This document shows positions 61,215 to 64,000 of a DNA stretch of 64,000 bases, piece after piece. A program made the position numbers and the translations under genes. Within the stretch, counting starts at the first letter, position 1, and each line of letters starts with the position of its first letter. The DNA comes from Macrostomum lignano (taxonomy: Eukaryota): positions 1 through 64,000 of the forward strand of contig NIVC01001589.1 of assembly GCA_002269645.1 (NCBI GenBank), written 5' to 3'. The notes beneath the pieces are model-generated. The model was not told where the DNA came from, made no database searches, and saw nothing but the letters and a program-made list of their open reading frames with translations.

Positions 61215-64000
61215 TGACTGATCAACCGATCTCTGTCTCAGGCAGCAAGTTTAGTTTTATTAGTTGCGTTTCAGAGCGTGGTCACTTCCGGTTTGGAGGC
61301 TGGTGCCAGCCTACCCTGGGTGGGATTCCCCTGTTTCTTTCCCGACGCCTCATGGCATCCCAGAGGACATTGAGGACGGGGTTCGGCCCGGAGCCCGAGG
61401 GGCTTCCGGCTCAATGTGGAAGCTGTGGAGCTTGGCTGCCCTCATCTTGAGCAGCCAAGCCACCCCCAGCTGCTTGACCCTGTCTGCGAGCATCGGCATA
61501 CCTGCCAGCTTGTGCAGGTATTCAATGCTGATGTAGGATGGCACACCATAGCAGATACGGAGAGCCAGGTTTTGATTTTCTGCAATTTGATTTGGTTAGT
61601 CGCACAATTTGGCTCAGGATTGGCGCTCCGTAGGTGAGAGCGCTTTCTCCGTATGCCCTGTACAGCATTCTGAGGGTGGTGCTACTCAGCTTAGTCATTT
61701 TTGCAATTCTGCACAGTGACATTACAATGGCTCTGCTGGTATCTGCCATGTTGTCCACATGTTTGTTCAGGCAGAGGCTCTGGTCAAGGAGGACACCCAG
61801 GAATTTCACCTCCTGACAGTACGGAACCTCAGTGTCCCCCAGATACAGTTTGGGTCGCAAGTCCATGCGCCTAGTGGGTTTGTAGTTGAAAGCGATTGCT
61901 TTGCTTTTACCGGCATTCAGTCTAATGCCTTGTTTACCGCACCAGTCAAAGACTCGTCTGAGGTAGCTTTGAAGGGATGTTCGGAGCCCCGCAAAGGTGT
62001 CTGCTGAGGCCCAGACGGCCATGTCGTCTGCGAATTGACTGCGTTTGACGCTTGAGATGGTGGGAGTCGGCATTGAGCTGACGAAGAGGAGTACAGGAGA
62101 GGACTCAGAATGCCTCCCTGAGGGACGCCAGCCTGGATGGTGTGGGGATCGCTTAGGGCCCCCTCGATTCGAACCTGGATCTGTCTGTCTCGCAGGTAGT
62201 CAGACAGGATTCGCATGAGCATAGGTGGAAAACCATCGGTGAGCATGCTATGCCTGATCTTGTCGTGCCAGGTGGAGTCAAAAGCTGCCTCTGCATCCAG
62301 GAAGACTGCAGCGGACTTTTTAGCTTTGCACTTTGCTACCATGACATCTTGTGCCAGACGGCACAGGTTGTCATACGTGGAGTGAATTTTGCGGTAGGCG
62401 CATTGGTCATCTCCTAGGGTCTTATTATCCTCAAGGTGCTTGGTGAGTCTTTTTGCTATAAGCTTCTCAAACACTTTGCCCAGACATGAGGTCAGGCTGA
62501 TTGGTCTGTAGGAGTTGGGGTGTTCGGGCGGTTTGTCCGGCTTGGGGATCATTGTCACCACAGCTTTCTTCCAGGCGCTGGGGAAAATCCCTCGACCGTA
62601 GCAGGCGTTGAAGAGGTTAGTGAGTCTCGTGATTGCCACCCCCTCTAAGCCCAGCTTGAGGACGCAGTTGGGAATCTTGTCCAGCCCGGGTGCTCCATCA
62701 GGCCTGAGGTGCTCCAGTTCCCACACTGTGTCTGCCACAGAGAATGCAGCATCAAGTGGGTGGGTCTCAATGGGTTCGATTCCCTCAGGAACGGGGTAGA
62801 ATGAGGTGAGCTGTGCCACATCGGCCACCTCACGTTTGAGCTGTTCGCATGTGGAAGGGACTGGGCGCATCTTTGAGTCCAGAGTCTCGGCTAGAAGGTT
62901 AGCCTTCTCCAGATCTGTGTGCGCAGTTGTTTGACCCAGGGTGAGGCTGGGGATCGAGGTTGGCTTAAATTTGCCCATCAGCTTTTTAGTGTCATGCCAG
63001 AAATTCTTCACTTTCTTGTTCTTGCTGTTTTCAACAATACTCTCACAGACTTTGGTGAGCTTTCCATTCTGGAAGGAGTTAATTTCTCTCTTTATGCGAT
63101 TTGCGAGCTGGTTTGCTTGGGTTTTGAAATTTTGATCCCGTGTGCTGAAGAAGAGGCGTCTGAGTCGTCTGCGCTCTTTGATCAGGTCGAGGATGTACTT
63201 GGGTAGGGCGTTTTTGGCACCACAGTCTGGTACTGTGGAGTCAATCACGGTGTGAATGGCCTTTGTGATGTGATCCACTTCGGCATTGATTTGGTCAGCA
63301 TTTGATAATTTAATATTCTGATCTGAGCTCAAAGCTTCACTGATTTTGAGTCTGAACTCGTCCCAGTTTGTTTTTGAGAAGTTTTTGGGTCTGGGGGGAC
63401 CAGCCCATTTCTTCGACTGAATATTGAGCGTGAGGATTATGGGTAAGTGGTCACTGCCCAGGTCAGGACCCACCTCAAAGTCCTGCACAAATGGGAGAAA
63501 GTCCTCAGTGGCCAGGGCGAGGTCCAAGACATTCCTAGAAATCAGCCCGTTTTTGGTGGCCAGTCTGGTGAACTGACCGGCTTGATTGAGAATGGTGGCG
63601 AGGTGGGGCCCTCAGACAGCCAGTCGTGCAGCTGGTAGCCAGCCATGTTGTTGCTGCTGTCACCCCCGAGGAAGCGGTGTCTGGCATTGAGGTCACCCAT
63701 GAGCACACTGCGCCTACGGGAGAGAAGATTTTTGAGTAGGTTCAGGTTCAGATGATACGGTGCTGGAGACCTGTACACCAGAGCAAGATTGAAGTCAGGA
63801 CCAGAGTTGTCAGACAAGCTCACGGTGCAAGAGATGGCTTCATGGTTGACATTGTCATACTGCAAGCGCACATTTGTGAGTTTGACGCGAGGAGAGTGGG
63901 CAAGGAGAAGCCCGCGTTTGACTTGCGGGGTATCATACCGAATGATGGAGTACCCGGGAATCTGGACAGTGTGACAACTTTTGAGAATGGTCTCAGAGAA
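61215..64000 (-). mobile_element. Non-LTR retrotransposon (APE endonuclease + RT, Jockey/CR1-group-like) ORF2 and 3' UTR, frameshifted; 5' part beyond the window
   Basis: EN motifs LVYRSP, LMGDLNARH, VLDLAL, GSDHLPI; RT motifs APGLDKI, WKKAVVTMIPKP, YRPISLTSCLGKVFEK, VFLDAEAAFD, GVPQGGILSPLLY, FADD, VKFLGVLLD; frame breaks near 63605, 62090 and 61600-61560; stop at 61350. Confidence 0.93.

Overview
Eukaryotic (invertebrate animal) genomic DNA, not prokaryotic: intron-containing genes with GC-rich exons, introns largely filled with minisatellites, and many TE remnants. The architecture resembles a free-living flatworm such as Macrostomum (inference only). Genes read from the sequence: 3' part of a SARA/endofin (ZFYVE9/16)-like gene (+), a copine-like tandem-C2 gene apparently lacking the vWA domain (-), a divergent TRPC-type channel with a probable GC-AG intron (-), TMEM97/sigma-2 receptor with a 1-bp frameshift (+), eRF3/GSPT (+), NOP56 (+) and a GT14 core-2/I-branching GlcNAc transferase (+) whose first intron is almost entirely a hAT-like element. 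Mobile DNA: a decayed Ngaro/DIRS-type tyrosine-recombinase retrotransposon, a frameshifted APE-RT LINE running off the right edge, two tRNA-derived SINE families (one CORE-like), several MITEs (hAT-, mariner-, MULE- and CACTA-like) and a MULE transposase relic. A ~13-kb 30-bp satellite occupies 46.5-59.6 kb; the giant 3488-aa ORF is an artefact of it. No CRISPR, rRNA or bona fide tRNA gene was seen. I found no clear new multi-gene system. The best leads are a tandemly duplicated unit with four conserved hairpins at 60.3-60.8 kb, the TE-derived intron, the ankyrin-poor TRPC, and the splice-motif content of the satellite plus an orphan exon right behind it. Several frameshifts and blurred repeat edges look like long-read consensus errors, so pseudogene calls are provisional. 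All homology calls are from remembered family motifs, not database searches.
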